The position numbers and the translations under genes are program-made. Of a DNA stretch of 64,000 nt, positions 1 to 13,665 are shown piece by piece (the stretch's first letter is position 1; each line of letters starts with the position of its first letter). The notes beneath the pieces were generated by a model. It saw only the letters and a list, made by a program, of their open reading frames with translations, was not told the origin of the DNA and did no database searches. Source of the stretch: Callorhinchus milii (Eukaryota); NCBI RefSeq assembly GCF_018977255.1, contig NW_024704742.1, positions 133,674,001 to 133,738,000 on the forward strand, given 5' to 3'.

Positions 1-215
1 AGCGGAGGGAGCGGACAGGTTGATATGGGGTTAACAGGTCACAGAGGTAGGAAGGAGCAAGGCCATGGAGGGCCTTGAAGGCGAGGATGAGAATTTTGAA
101 TTCTATCCTCTGAGGAATGGGGAGTCAGTGAAGCCGGGTGGAGTTGATGGTGTCATGGAGCCTGGTGCAGAAGAAGACACGAGCTGTAGAGTTCAGGATG
201 ATCTGCAGCTTGTGG
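1..215 (-). mobile_element. L2 LINE ORF2 fragment
   Basis: Reverse complement parallels 25190-25440. Confidence 0.8.
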
Positions 216-574
216 AGGGAAGAGTTGGAAAGACCGACAAGAAGGTAATTGGCGTAGTCGAGCCTGGATGTGCTTAACTTCCATGAAATGAGTGATCAGT
301 TTATCTGGGGGATTGTTGACCAGGACAATGGGGCAAACTCCCTTCTCTTTTAGAATAGTGCCATGTAGATCTTTAATGTGCACTGGAACAGGCAGACAGG
401 ATCCCGATTGAATATCTCATCTAAAAGCACATTGCATTGCAGTGTCAGCCTAGACTATATAAGTTCCAAGTCCTGACTTGGTGCTTGAACCCACAATCAT
501 AGGGTCAGTGGAGGAGCAAAGGGCCAGGGAAGAGGGAAGGATGATGGCAATATGGAAGGAGATATTGGTGTGAA

Positions 575-955
575 TGGGACAAGAACTTACATTTCTACAG
601 GCCCTTTCACGTGGGGAGCGCATCTCAAAGTGCGTTACACGGGTGTCTGGGAGCCTATGATGGCAGTAGGGGGAACCGAATGGTAAGGTGACTGAAAACC
701 GGGTTGAATAAGTCTTAAGGCAGGGAGAGGGGCGAGACAGACACTCGGGGAAGGAGTTCCAAAAAGCGGGAGCAGAATGGTTAAAAGCTTGCTCATCAAT
801 AATGGAGTTAGGTTGGTCAGGGAACGTGAAGCAAGCCGGTGATGGGGAGGTGGTCAATGGAGAGACAGTGGAACTGAGCAAGGATGGGGAGGTGGTGAGT
901 CTCACAGAGCCACAGGATTTGAAACAATGCAAGACTAGGTCTAAGTGGAGTTCCA
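575..955 (-). mobile_element. Degraded L2 3' fragment
   Basis: SAPAFWNSFPE...LKTY on the minus strand; degraded L2 tail near 580-630. Confidence 0.65.
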
Positions 956-2156
956 CTGATAATAAAAATAATAATAATAATAATATTAATAATAATAATC
1001 CTTGCATTTGATATAGCGCCTTATCATGTCTTCGAGACGTCTTCAAGGCACTTCACAGAATATACTGTAAAGTGAATTGACTACACATTTTATGGGCAGA
1101 ATTTATTTTATGATAAATTTACATAGATTGGGCAGCACAGAAACAGGACATTCAGCACAAATGGTCCATGCTGGTGTTTACACCCACTCCTTGCTCTCTC
1201 CAACACCCTTCTATTGCCTTCTCCCTTATGTGTATATCTAGCCTCCTCTTAAATGCATTTACACGGTCTGATTCAACTACCGCTTCAGGCAGTGAGTTCC
1301 ATATTCTCATTCCCCTCTGCGTGAAGTATTTCCCCCTAAATTCTTTTTTGGATTCGCTAGTACCTCACAATCTTCTACTAAGAGGGAGTCTTTCCATCTG
1401 TAGTGGTCTGTTGTACAGTCCTTCTGTGTGTAACTCTCAAATATTTTCATCTGTTTGTGTATCTCTTTTTACTTCTGTGTACCCAAGTTTGATTAACCAG
1501 ATAGACAATATCCAGCTGTCAGCTTTTTATTCAATGTTTATTTTCTAGTTTTAACAGAGCAGAGCTAACACCTCCACGATACCTCCATCTAGATGATCTA
1601 GATAATCTAAGTGCAGTGCTGAGGTGTGTTGCATTGTTGGAGGTGCCGTCCTTCAGATGAGTCCTTAAACCGATGTCCTGTCTGCCTGTTCAGGTGGACA
1701 TTATAGATGTCATTGCCCAATTCGAAAAGAGAAGGGAGTTTCTGGCCAACAATTCCCCAGTCACTCACTTTGTGGTCGATAGTGGGACATTACTGGGCCA
1801 CATTGGCTGCCGCGCTCACCCACAGAATATCGTGTGAAATGCATTGAGATGTCATGACAGTGTGATAAGTCACCGTATCAAATTCAAGGATTATTGTATT
1901 ACTTCCTAGTTGGCAACGGGGATGGTATTGTCCCAGTTGTGCTCTGTGGGCAGCTGGTTCCAGGGAGAGCCAGAAAGAGAGAGATACAGCCTGAAAGCTC
2001 ATACCACTGGTTCATTAGCAAACCCTCTCAGCTAGGCATTTCAACCACCTCCGCGTGCGTGATCCAGCGAGGGACAAATGAACTGTTATCTATCTTGGCA
2101 ATCACTAGAGAATGCAGAATTCTGCTCTATCCAAAAACTGAGGGCTTTGTTGTGGC

Positions 2157-2180
2157 CTCTCTCTCTTTTTTTCTCCCTCC

Positions 2181-2224
<44 letters not shown>

Positions 2225-2412
2225 GTCTCTCTATCTATCACTTTCTCCCCCTCTCCTTCTCCCTCGCTCCTTCTCCCTCTCTTCTTCCCTCTCTCTCCGC
2301 CTCCCTCCCACCCTCCTTCCCTACCTTTCTCTCCCTCCCTCTATCCCCTCTCTTCCTCCCCCTCTCTCTTTTTCCCTCTCTCCCTTTTATCCCTCTCTCA
2401 ATCACCTCCTTA
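2157..2412. repeat. (CT)n microsatellite and about 250-bp polypyrimidine tract
   Basis: Almost exclusively C/T on the + strand. Confidence 0.95.
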
Positions 2413-3581
2413 TCTTTGAGTTTGTGTAAGATGAGGATGGCCTTTCCGAGCCAGTTGCCTGGTCTGTAATTTGGAAACCCCGGCTTGGCAGCTCCTTATG
2501 CTCACGGCTCGAGCTGTAACCCTTTGAAATATCTCATGCTTTTTTCCCATCGTAGCAGACACTTGCCACAGAAACATTCCAGATTATCACATTGCCCCAC
2601 TTGAAAGAGATCACTGAACATGCCCTGGTGAGACAAAAACAGAGCTAGGCTGTTCACGACAGGCAGATTCAGCCTCTTCCACTCCCACTAACCTACCCAT
2701 CCCCACAGTTAGAAAACTGAGGATCTGCAGTGATTTAAGCAGATAGCAGTCCAAAACCAGACGTGAGTCATCCGAAACACTGAATCCAGACTTTGCCATT
2801 AGCAGTTTGTGCGGAAAACAATAACAACAATAATAATCCTTAGATAGAACACTTCCACATCAGGAGAATGTCTCAAAGTTCTTCACAACACTTACAGAGT
2901 GTGTGGACTCACACGCCAATGTAGTGTTGCGGGGAGAGCTGCATTGTCAGTGGTGCCGTCCTTCGGTTGAGATGTTTAAACAAGGTCCCGTCTGCCTATT
3001 CTGGTGGTTGTTAAAGATTCCATGGCACTATCTGGAAAGAAAAGGGAGTTTCACCCAGTGTCCTGGCCAATAATCCCTCGGACCAATTGCTCACTCACTT
3101 GCTGGCTGTTTGGGGATCATTGCTGTTCTCATATTGGCTGTTTTGTTCACCTACAAAATACACGGTCACTATACTTTACAGTACGTCCTGTGAAGCATTT
3201 TGAGAAGTCCTCCTGAAGTGAAAGTGGTTATACCAAATGCAAGAATTATTATTATTATTAGTCATCAGTCCACTGACACACACCTCCCGACTGGACAGGC
3301 AGTGACACGCACATACTGTCTGAACAGTTGTTCAGCCTCCTCTGGGGTTGAAGGTATAACATCTGTAACCCAGATTCCCAGACAGCACCATGGAGACTGC
3401 GTTGAATGGAGCCACGGGATATTGAGTCCAATGAGCTCCTGGTTATTGGATCGTGGTCGATCGGAGTTGCCACTGGATAGTGTAACACACGCCCGTGTGC
3501 CAGCTGGAATCACCTGTTTCCAATCCAGTCAGCGACTAAGATCGTCCCTACCCCACGATCACATGATTCCCCCCAGATCCC

Positions 3582-3855
3582 ACAACAACAACTTGCATTT
3601 ACATGGAGCCCCTTTCGCATCGGAGGGACGTCTCAAGGCATTGGACAGGTTTGCCCCGAGATGGGGGTTGGGATCAAGAGGGGATGGAGGGCAAGGGGTG
3701 AGGGTGGGGAGAGGACCCAAGGCACGGTCAAAGAAGAAGATCTTGAGGTGGACCTTGAAGCAGGTAAGGGAGGGGGCGAGGTGGAGGGATTCTGGGATGG
3801 AGTTTCAGAGGGCGGGGGCAGAAAGTCTGGTTGTAGGGTGGCCAGGACGGGGGAC
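3582..3855 (-). mobile_element. L2 3' fragment
   Basis: (CAA)n tail, then ggagtttcagagggcgggggcaga and aagaagaagatcttgaggtggacc, as in other L2 3' ends. Confidence 0.8.
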
Positions 3856-4023
3856 AAATACACTAAACATCTGATAACTTGTCACTACAAGGGAGGAGTA
3901 ATCCAGAGTGACGAGTTACCCATAAGCATAAATACACAAATAAATGCGTTCGTGATATTAACAGCAAGATGACTTATGTGGGTAGTTAAGCCATGGTTGA
4001 GTCATCAGGAGTTAATATCAGGA

Positions 4024-4645
4024 GTGGAGTACTGTAACTCAGTGGTTAGAATACTTTCCTCGCGTGCAAGAGACCTGGGTTCGATTCCCAGCAGGGCGAA
4101 ATCTTCCTTATTCCAAACTCCTGATAATAATCCGTCAAGAAAAAAAAACAATTATAAATTGGTCGCTTCAATTCGTGACTGTTTGTGGGACACTGCTGTG
4201 TGCAATTGGCTGCCGCATTTCGCCCACAAATATACAGTCAATTCACTTCGCAGTATATTCTGTGAAGCGCTTTGAGACGTCTAGATAATAATAATAATTG
4301 CAATTGATATAGCCTTATCACGTCTTCAAGAGTCTCAAAGCGCTTCACAGAATAAACTGCAAAGTGAAACTGACTTCATATTTTGTGGGTTAAACACGGC
4401 AGCTAATTGCGCAGTCATGTTGTGGGACACTATCGTGATAAAATTATTATTTTTTTTTGATGGGATTATTAACCCCGGAAAAACGATCCACCAACCGACT
4501 AACAACCGGGTTCCTACTTACTGCTGGGTAAACGGAGGCATGTGGAGTAAGGAAATTTGCCCAGTGTTTCGCCCTGCCCAGGAATCAAACCCAAGTCCTA
4601 TTGCTTGTAAGGCGAGTGCTCTAACCACTAAGCTACAGGACTGCA
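4024..4645. mobile_element. Tail-to-tail SINE pair: type A (+, 4024-4290) and type B (-, 4290-4645)
   Basis: Two tRNA heads at the outer ends, joined at an (AAT)n run. Confidence 0.88.
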
Positions 4646-4652
4646 TTAGGTT

Positions 4653-5205
4653 ACAACAACAACAACTTGGATTTATATTGCGCTCTCCACCCCGGACGCA
4701 TCTCAGAGCGCTTCACAATAACGAATCCCGGGACCGAGCCAGGGGGAGGGGGAGGAAGGTGACCAAAGGCGTGGTCGAAAAGAGAGTACTTCAGCAGAGA
4801 CCTGAAAATGGGAAGGGAAGGAGCAAGATGAAAGGAGTGAGGAAGGCAGTTCCAGAGCCTCGGGGCATAGTGGCTGAAGACACGGCCACCGAGGGTAGAG
4901 CGGAGGACTCGGGGGACAAGGAGGAGGCCAGACCTGGAGGAACGAAGGCAACCGGTACTGTTTTGAGGAGAGAAGAGGTCAGAGTGGTAGGAGGTTGCAG
5001 AGACTTGAATACAAGGGTGAGGTTTTTGAAGTCGATCCTCTCTGGGATAGGCAGCGAGTGCAGTCTGGCAAGGATTGGGGTGATCGGGGAGCGGAGTTTC
5101 ATGTGGGTGAGAATGCGGGCGGCCAAGTTTTGAATTATTTGGATTTTATGGATAGTAGTGGATGGGAGACTGGCGAGGAGGGCGTTAGATAAGTCCAGCC
5201 GAGAG
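4653..5205 (-). mobile_element. L2 LINE 3' fragment, tail type a
   Basis: Reverse complement closely follows 12700-13250 (ITPILARLHSLPIPERIDFK); (CAA)n tail at 4653. Confidence 0.9.
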
Positions 5206-6204
5206 GTTTACTGTAATTATACTGTGGTTTTTTGACAAACTTCCAGCCGATGTTTCATTTCAAGGCACGTGATTTCTTGCTCTTGCTGTATCCCCAGTCT
5301 TCTTTCATCTCAATCACTCCAACATCCACTACATCTGATACAAATTACAAGTGAAGCACTTTGAGCCACTGTGTCTTTGACACGACAGGTACAGGCGCTA
5401 TAAAATGTGGTGTTCTCAATTGCTCATAATTGAATGATAATCCAGGAAGAATTTACTCCAAAAAACACAAAGGGATTCAGAATACCCATTGTTATTCAAA
5501 AGGTTCTTTGTTCAGAAGAAAAAGATTAATTCTAAGTGAATTGAATTCAAAGAAGTATCCAATTCAGAGACTGTGGTTAGTGGAGCCTGAGCAATGTGGT
5601 TAATGCTTTCAAATTTGAGTCATTGCGTTTTCCCATTTAAACTAAGTTTTCTTACCAGTGAAAGAAAGAATTTGCAATGTTTAAATGCCTTAAAAACCGT
5701 TACTGTAATTGTTGACAGGTTCAGTGATTGTGGCTGTTTGTGAGAGAGTTTCTGTGTGCAGATATGCTACCATATTCCTCACTTTCCTGGGGTAATAATC
5801 CCTTTAAAAAAATGTGGACACTCAATCCACCACTGGGACACTTGTGCGCGATTGGATGCCACTTTTCGTTCACAAAATATAGTCAATTCACTTTACAATA
5901 TATTCTGTGAAGCGCTTTGAGATGTCTCATCAAAATAATATATTGTGCTATATCAAATCCAAGGATTATTATGATGAATGAAAGAAAGGAAGTCTCCAAT
6001 TGGCATAAATGAAGGAAACACGTGAATGAAAATTGGACGTCAAAGAGCGAATGGGACAGTTATGAATGAAAGACAAACAGATTTAAATGAAAGAAAACAA
6101 AGATGTGAAAGAGAAAACAGAAATGAATTACAGAGATGGACATTTAAATAAAAGACCTGGAATCAAAACCACATGCGGCCACGAATGAGAAAGAACAACA
6201 CAAA

Positions 6205-6623
6205 TCAGTCAGTAGCACTCTCGTCTGTGAGATAGAAGGTTGTGAGTTCAAGCTGCGCATTGGGACTTCGAGCTCACAGTGGAGACTGGCATTGCAGTGC
6301 AGGGGAAGTTTTGAATTGTTGGAGGTGCCGTCCTTCGGATGAACCATTAAATCTAGGCCCCATCTGCCTGTTTAGGTGCACGTTAAAGTTGACTCTATTT
6401 GAAACGAGAAGGGAGTTTCTCCCACTGTCCTGGCCAACAATCACCCAAATAAAATTAGATATTCGTTCATTGGATGTTTGTGGGACATTGCTATGCGGAA
6501 TTGTGCTAACGCATTTGCCTACAAACACACAATGACTGAATTTAACAGCAATTCCTGTGAAGCGCTTTGAGACGTCCTTCCGATGTGATAAGGCGCTCTA
6601 CCAAATGCAAGGATTCTATTATT
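6205..6623 (+). mobile_element. SINE type C; further + copies at about 1610-1895, 2900-3258, 7540-7940, 32037-32250, 42735-43142
   Basis: Same motifs as 27045-27466. Confidence 0.82.
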
Positions 6624-8904
6624 AAAACAGAGATAGAATTCACGAACAGAATAAGTTATCATAGAGAGGCAGAGGTAGCGAGAGAATGAGACTAGAACAG
6701 AGGGAGAGACACAGTGAGGAATACAGGCAGAAATGGAAAGGAGAAGTAAAAGGAAGAAGGAAACAGGTTAAATAATTTGCGGAAATGTAAAATGACGGTC
6801 CTTGCACTGAACACACCAAAATAAAACTCCTTTCACTTCAGGCTAACAAAAAACATTGTGTTTTGAGTCGTTTTGATGTTTCAACGTTTCTATCAAATGC
6901 TGGGATTGTCATGGATGGTATCACATTAATGCTGAGAAGCCTGGCAGTATTATCGCCTCTGAGTCAGAAGGTCGTGGTTTCAAGCCCCACTTTGAACTCA
7001 CACAGTCTCGGCTGACACTCCCAGAGGAGTGCAGAGGAGTGTTGCGTAGTCAGAGGTGGTGTCCTTTGGATGAGGCGTTAAACCAAAGTTTGGTTGGACA
7101 ATGATCTCAAATTGCTTCACAAAGAATTGCTGTGAGGTAAAGTGTCTGAGTATTTATAGGCAGCTAATTTGTTCACAGCAGCAAACCACAGCAGTGTCCC
7201 GCATTCAATATTTGCAGAGAGATGATTTTCCTGAAAGCAGGCTCCCGGCATTGCATTGATCTGCTGTAACGTACAGTAGCTTTGGCACTTAAACTGATGG
7301 TCTGAATCCAGCAGAGCAAACAAAGAAAAAAAAATCAAACATGGCGCCAATAAAAGACTGATTGCCTTGGTTTGCACATCTAATAAATTAAAATGTTGTG
7401 GCACTTTGTGATTGATGATGGTGACAAGGGCAGTGAAAGAGTTGACAGCTGCCTATTCTCTATACTGGGATGGCCATGAAGCGAAATAAATTACACTAAT
7501 TTTAGCTCGGCCATTCTCCACACGAAGCTTTTGCAGGAATCAGCGTAACTCAGCTGGTAGCACTCTCTTGCTTCTCGGTCAGCCTCTGTGGGTTTGAGCA
7601 CCGCTTCCGAGCTTTGAACTAACGTAGTCCGGGCTGACGCTCCAGTGAGGTGCTAGGGGCGTGTTGCATTGTCGGAGGTGCCGTCCTTCAGTTGAGATGT
7701 TAAACTGAGGTCCCGTCTACTTGTGGACGTTAATGATCCTATGGCACTGCTCGAAAAGAGAAGGGAGTTTCTCTAGAAAACTCCATTTGGTTTTTGAATA
7801 GTTCCATGGGATCCCCCAAATAAACTGGTCATTCACTTCATGGGTGTTGTAAGATATTGCTGTACACAAATTGGCTGCTGTGTTTACGTGCAAAATACAC
7901 AGTTACCACACATTTAACCGTAATTCCACTGAGGCATTTTGCATGAATGTGCTTATATACATGTGCATATTGGCTGCTGTGTTTGCCTACAAAATACAGT
8001 CACTATGCTTGTGCACTTGTGTATTTACAGGCGAATGCAGAAACTAATTTGCATACAGCAATACCCCACAAACAGTCATGAAGTGAATGATCATTTTTTA
8101 TCTGGGATTATAGTGGCTGGGACACGCCCCCAAAAAAACGTTCTCTTTTCAAGTACTTTTCAAGGTGTAATATATATTACATTATGATTTACTTCTGTCC
8201 TGAAAGGAAAAGAATAACACGTGTATCACTGAGTAACAGGCTTCATTAAACTATAGGGTTAGTACGCACGTTTTTTTTCCTATTCACCAGACAACAAAAC
8301 TGAAAGGAGTTGAATTATCACAGACAATGCAACCAGCTGTCGTGTATAAAAGATACGAGAGATACATAGAGGACATGGAGGAAACAAAGAAGGATTCCTT
8401 TAAAAGACCTTGCAGTTTAATAGAGCCTTATCACAATTGAAAATGCTCAAAGGGAATTACTGTCAGGTGTAGTAATTGCTGGCTACATCCTACATGCAAA
8501 GATGAATGACCACATCAATTGTTAGTGGCACTGAAGGAGAAACTGCCATCTCTTTTCGTACATTGTTTTGGGGTATTTTTGAGGAGCTCACTTCTAAATG
8601 TTAGCACACCCAATTATGCTTCGAAGTATTATTATTAATAATTCATATTATCCTTAATAATAATGATCCTTGCATTTGATAATTTTTAAAAAAATAATTT
8701 GGTCACTCAATACACAACTGTTTATGGGAAACTGCTGTATGCAATTGGCTGCCGCGTTTCGTCCACAAAATATACAGTCAATTCATTTTAGAGTATATTC
8801 TGTGAAGCGCTTTGAGACGTCCTCGAAGAGGTGATAACACGCTATATCAAACGCAAGGAATATTATTATATGATGCCTTTCATATCAGGTGGACTCCCAA
8901 AACG

Positions 8905-9250
8905 TTTCACAGGTAAATGAAATGGCTGTGTATTTTGTGGGCATATGCAACAGCAAATTTGCAGACAGCAATGTCCCACAAACAGTGACCAATTATATTT
9001 TGAGATCGTTGTCCATGACATCGGGAGGAACTCCCTTCTCTATTCAAACAGCGCCTTAGGATCCTTAAAGACCACGTGAATCGGTATCTCGTTTAACGGG
9101 TCATCTGAAGGATGTCAACTCTGACATTGGAACTCCCTGCCCTACCATCGCTGCACTGGAATATCAGCCCTAGGCTATGTGAGTTCAAAGTGGGGATTGA
9201 ACCCACAATCTTTTGACTCAGAAGCATGAGTGCTACCAACTGAGCCAGGC
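8905..9250 (-). mobile_element. SINE type C; further - copies at about 270-500, 9740-10110, 33145-33452, 63372-63695
   Basis: Reverse complement of type C motifs. Confidence 0.8.
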
Positions 9251-11164
9251 TAGAGCATTCATTAAACACTGCTAACATTGATGTAACCTCATAGTTGGTT
9301 TTGGTTTTGGACTTGAGATCCTTGCCAGTCAATTATTTGCGCATTATGGTCCCCGATCTCCTATCACTACTTTGCTTTTAACCTGTAGGATAGGTGAGAT
9401 GTGTCACAGCAATAGGAACGTACCTGAGAAAAAGTTTTTCATAACTCGATGGCTGTCGAGTTAATCTTACATTGACTTTGAACCAAATCAGTAATTCTCT
9501 GCTTAGCTGGCACAGTGTCACTAGTTTAGAATTGGCCGCTTAAGTTGAATTGAACTGAATTTCTTTGAGTCATTAGCTTTCTTGCCTGAAATCAATATTG
9601 CTTATTCAGCAAGGTTAACAGCTTCATCTCAGATTTTTCAAAAGCATGCTTGGCGAGATCCTTAACAGTACCCACAACACAACATTCCCTGTTAAACACA
9701 ACGTTTATTATCTGTTCTTCTTGTTAATATGGCAACTGTAGAAACATCTCAAAGTGCTTCACAGGGTTTATTGTAAAATGCAGTGACTGTGTATTTTGTA
9801 GGCAAACGCGGCAGCCAATTTGAACACAGTGATGCCCCACAAGCAGCTGTGAAGTGAATGACCCATTTTCTTTGGGGGATTGTTGGCCAGGACATGGGAG
9901 ATAGAAACTCCCTTCTCTTTTCGAGTAGTGTTATGGGATTTTAATGTGCACCTCAACAGGCAGATGGGATCTAAGTATAACATCTCGTCCAACCGATGTA
10001 CTTCTGACAATGCAGCACAGCCCCCAGCCCGCGATGTGCTGTGAACTTAATGTTCTAACTTGGGGCTTGAACCCACAGTCTTGAAATCAGAACCAAGACA
10101 GTTAGAACTGAGGTAAGGAATTATTTCTTCACCCAGAGAGATGTGAAGATGTGAAGCATTCTGCCCCAGTAGCAGTGGAATCAAAGGGATGATTAAGAAA
10201 GAGACACACAAATCCTTGGATAGCAGAGTTAGTAGGGTGTACGGTGAAATAGCAGGAATTAAAAAATATGCTAGAATCTAATAAACTGATAGAACAGGTT
10301 CGATGGGCTGAATGGTCTCCTCCTGTTCCTATGTTTTTTACTTTCCGAGGTCTCCTCTCCTAATATTTTTTCATCTGAAATCTAATTCAGGTTATTCAAA
10401 GTCTTACCTAAATTCACCCCCAAAATAGAATTAGATTAATTGATGGTTCATGAGTGCTACTTGCTGGGGAAGATTACATTGATTTGACATTACTGTGAAA
10501 TTTATCTCTGGCTGTGACTCTGACACTGACTCTGAGAGGGCAGACGCTGCAAACATCCAGGGTTTCAATACACCTAGAAAAACAAGTGAATGTTTTGTGT
10601 GAGCTGCAACTGAAGAACATAAGAACACGTAAGAATTTGCTAGGTAAAAGCAGACGAAGGTCCATCTTGTTTGCCTTCCACCATCCTGGCAGTCGCTTGA
10701 CATATCGTGTCCTAAGCTATATACTGTATCTCGAGAAATTCTTTTCTAGTATAAATCAGTGTCATTTGCTCCTAAAAGCAAACTACACTTTCTGTTTCCA
10801 CTATCTCCCGAGGGAGCCTATTCCATAGGCTGAAACGTATCATTTGTCAAGCCTCTGTCAAACATTATAACACTTTAAAAGTGTGTTGCTGGTTTAGTAT
10901 TGATTTTTTTTTTGCTTTTAGCAAATTGATTGACGTTGGAATACGATTCTGTTTGCCCACCCTATCAGACCCTACCATTGTCGAGTGAGCCAGAACTCCT
11001 TCCCAGAGTCCCTCCACAGCACCCACCCCCACCCCCTCACCATTAACGCCAGCTTTAAGAACGAGCATCTTCGCTTTCTGCCACCTTACCACCTCTCTTC
11101 GCATCCTCTCCCCATCTCAACTTTCGACTCAGCTGTGTGAAGATACGTTTTGATATGTCTTCCC

Positions 11165-13250
11165 AACGTAAAGAAGCTGCATAAATTTAAAACCCAAACC
11201 CGTCTGCTCGAGCGCAGATGGTGGAAAACTGGCCTGACAGTCCACCGCCAACTGTGGCTTGAGCATCTCCACAGCTACCGCCGTTCTTTGACACGCGCAA
11301 AAGTGGCCTTCTACTCCAACATCATCTTGGAGGCTAAACACAACCCTAAAATCCTTTTTTCCACCATCCACTACCTCCTCCGTGCGCCCCTCAGGCCTCC
11401 TCAATCTTCATATCAAATGCCAAGTGCGAGGAGATCATGGCTTCTTTTCTTCTAAAGTACTTAACATCCGCCAGGCAGCCTCATCCATCTGCCCCTTGTC
11501 ACCCACCACCACTCCCACTCTGTCCCCCTCACCCCTCACCCTCCCCATCATCTGTTCCTACCACCACCCCCATTCTACATTCCTTCCTCCCCATTTCTCC
11601 CTCCTCCCTCTCACCCGCCATCACCTCCATGAAACCCACCACCTGCTGCCTCGACCCTCTCCTCACCAACTTACTGGTCACCCAGCTCCCCCTCCTCTGC
11701 ACACTACTGGCTGATGTCATCAACCAGTCCCTCTCCTCTGGATCAATCCCTCCTCCCCTCAAAACTGCTGTCATCACCCGCCTCCTAAAAAACCCTCCCT
11801 AGATCCCTCAAACCCCAGCCACTAGCGCCCTATTTCTAACCTGCCTTTCCTCTCAAAAGTTCTAGAACGCATTGTTGCCAATCAACTTCGCACACACCTC
11901 TCCTCCTACTCCCACACCCTCTTCGAACCCCTCCAGTCCGGTTTCTACCCTGCCCACAGTACAGAGACTGCGCTTATGAAAGTCACAAATTACATCCTCT
12001 CTATCTGTGACCAGGGCTCCCTCTGCCTTGTCCTCCTGGACTTCTCCACAGCATTCGACACAGTCGATCAACCATCCTCCTCTACTGCCTTTCCTCCGTC
12101 ATCCACCTCAGTGGGACCGCACTCGACTGGTTCGAGTCCTACCTCACAAACCGCCAGCAGTACATCTGCACAAACGGCTTCTCCGCCCGCTCTCACCCGG
12201 TTACCTGCGGGGTACCCCAAGGATCCATCCTTGACCCCCTCCTCTTTCTGATCCATATGCTCCCTCTTGGGGATGTCATCCGCAGTCATGGGTACACTTC
12301 CACATTAGGCAGACGACACCCAACTCTATTTTTCCACCTCTCTTTGCGACCCCCAGTCCCCTTGTGTTCTGTCAGCCTGCCTGTCGGATCTCAGAGGCTG
12401 GATGAGCGCAAATCTCCTTCAACTGAACGTTGACAAGATGGAAGCCATACTCTTTGGCTCTCGTCAACGTCTCAAATCCCACGGCTCTCACCTCCTCCAC
12501 CTACCCGACTTCCCCCTAAAACTCTCCGAACCCGTTCGCAACTTAGGCATCAGGTTTGACCGCCAATTATCCTTCCTCCCCCACATCTGATCCCTCACCA
12601 GCAACGCTTTCTTCCACCTCCGACGGATCGCCTGTCTCTGCCAATACCTCACTCCAAAAGCCGCTGAAACTCTGGTCCATGCCTTTGTCACCTCTCGGCT
12701 GGGCTACTCTAACACCCTCCTCGCCGGCCTCCCATCTACTACCATCCATAAAATCCAAATCACTCAAAACTCTGCTGCCCGCATTCTCACCCGCACAAAA
12801 CTCCGCTCCCCGATCACCCCAGTCCTTGCCAGACTGCACTGGCTGCCTGTGCCAGAGAGGATCGATTTCAAGATCCTCACCCTCGTATTCAACTCCCTGC
12901 ACTCCTCTGCACCCCCCTACCTCTCTGACCTCTTCTCTCCTCAAAACAGTACCGGTTGCCTTCGTTTCTCCGGGTCTGGCCTCCTCCTCGGCCCCCGAGT
13001 CCTCCGCTCCACACTCGGCGGCCGTGCCTTCAGCCACTGTGCCCTGAAGCTCTGGAACTCCCTTCCTCACTCCCTTCGTCTCGCTCCCTATTTTCAGGTC
13101 ACTGCTGAAGACCTTTCTTTTCGACCGCGCCTTTGGTCACCTTCCTCTTCTGCCCCCTGGCTCGGTCCCGGAATCCGTTGCTGTGAAGCGCTCTGAGACG
13201 CCGTCCGGCGTGGACGGCGCTATATAAATCCAAGTTGTTTTTGTTGTTGT
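11165..13250 (+). mobile_element. L2-clade LINE, 5'-truncated, disrupted ORF2 (RT and C-terminus), tail type a
   Basis: Frameshifted ORF2 pieces: [67 protein letters not shown]; ends in stem-loop plus (TTG)n. Confidence 0.93.
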
Positions 13251-13665
13251 AAATGGATTTGATCTTACTGGACTGTTAAACCAAATAAGGAATATTATTG
13301 AACTGTAGAACATCAAATGTGAACCTAACAATAATTAATGATAGATCTCGCATTTGATATAGCACCTTGTCACATCGCAAGGGTGTCTCAAAGTGCTTTA
13401 CTGTGAGGAGTAATGACTGTATGTTTGTAGGTAAACGCCACAATAAATTTAGCACACAGCAATGTCCCCACAAACGGCTATGAAGTGAATGACCGATTTT
13501 ATCCAGAGTGGGGGATTGTTAGCCTCTATCGGATACAAGAATTATTATTAAAACCAATTTTTTACAAATGTACCTGAACATTTTCTGTGTAGGACGAGCT
13601 CAGTTCGAGTCACGACTTGTCACCAAGACAAAGGCAAACTTTTAATATTTCTGTCTCTCTCACAG

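Noticed and set aside
1894..2469. Leu/Ser/Pro-rich ORFs resembling membrane proteins (also 32198-32598)
   Set aside because: Translations of CT/GA microsatellite tracts
11150..13196. Possible active LINE reverse transcriptase
   Set aside because: 5'-truncated, several frameshifts and stops, YADD motif broken near 12305
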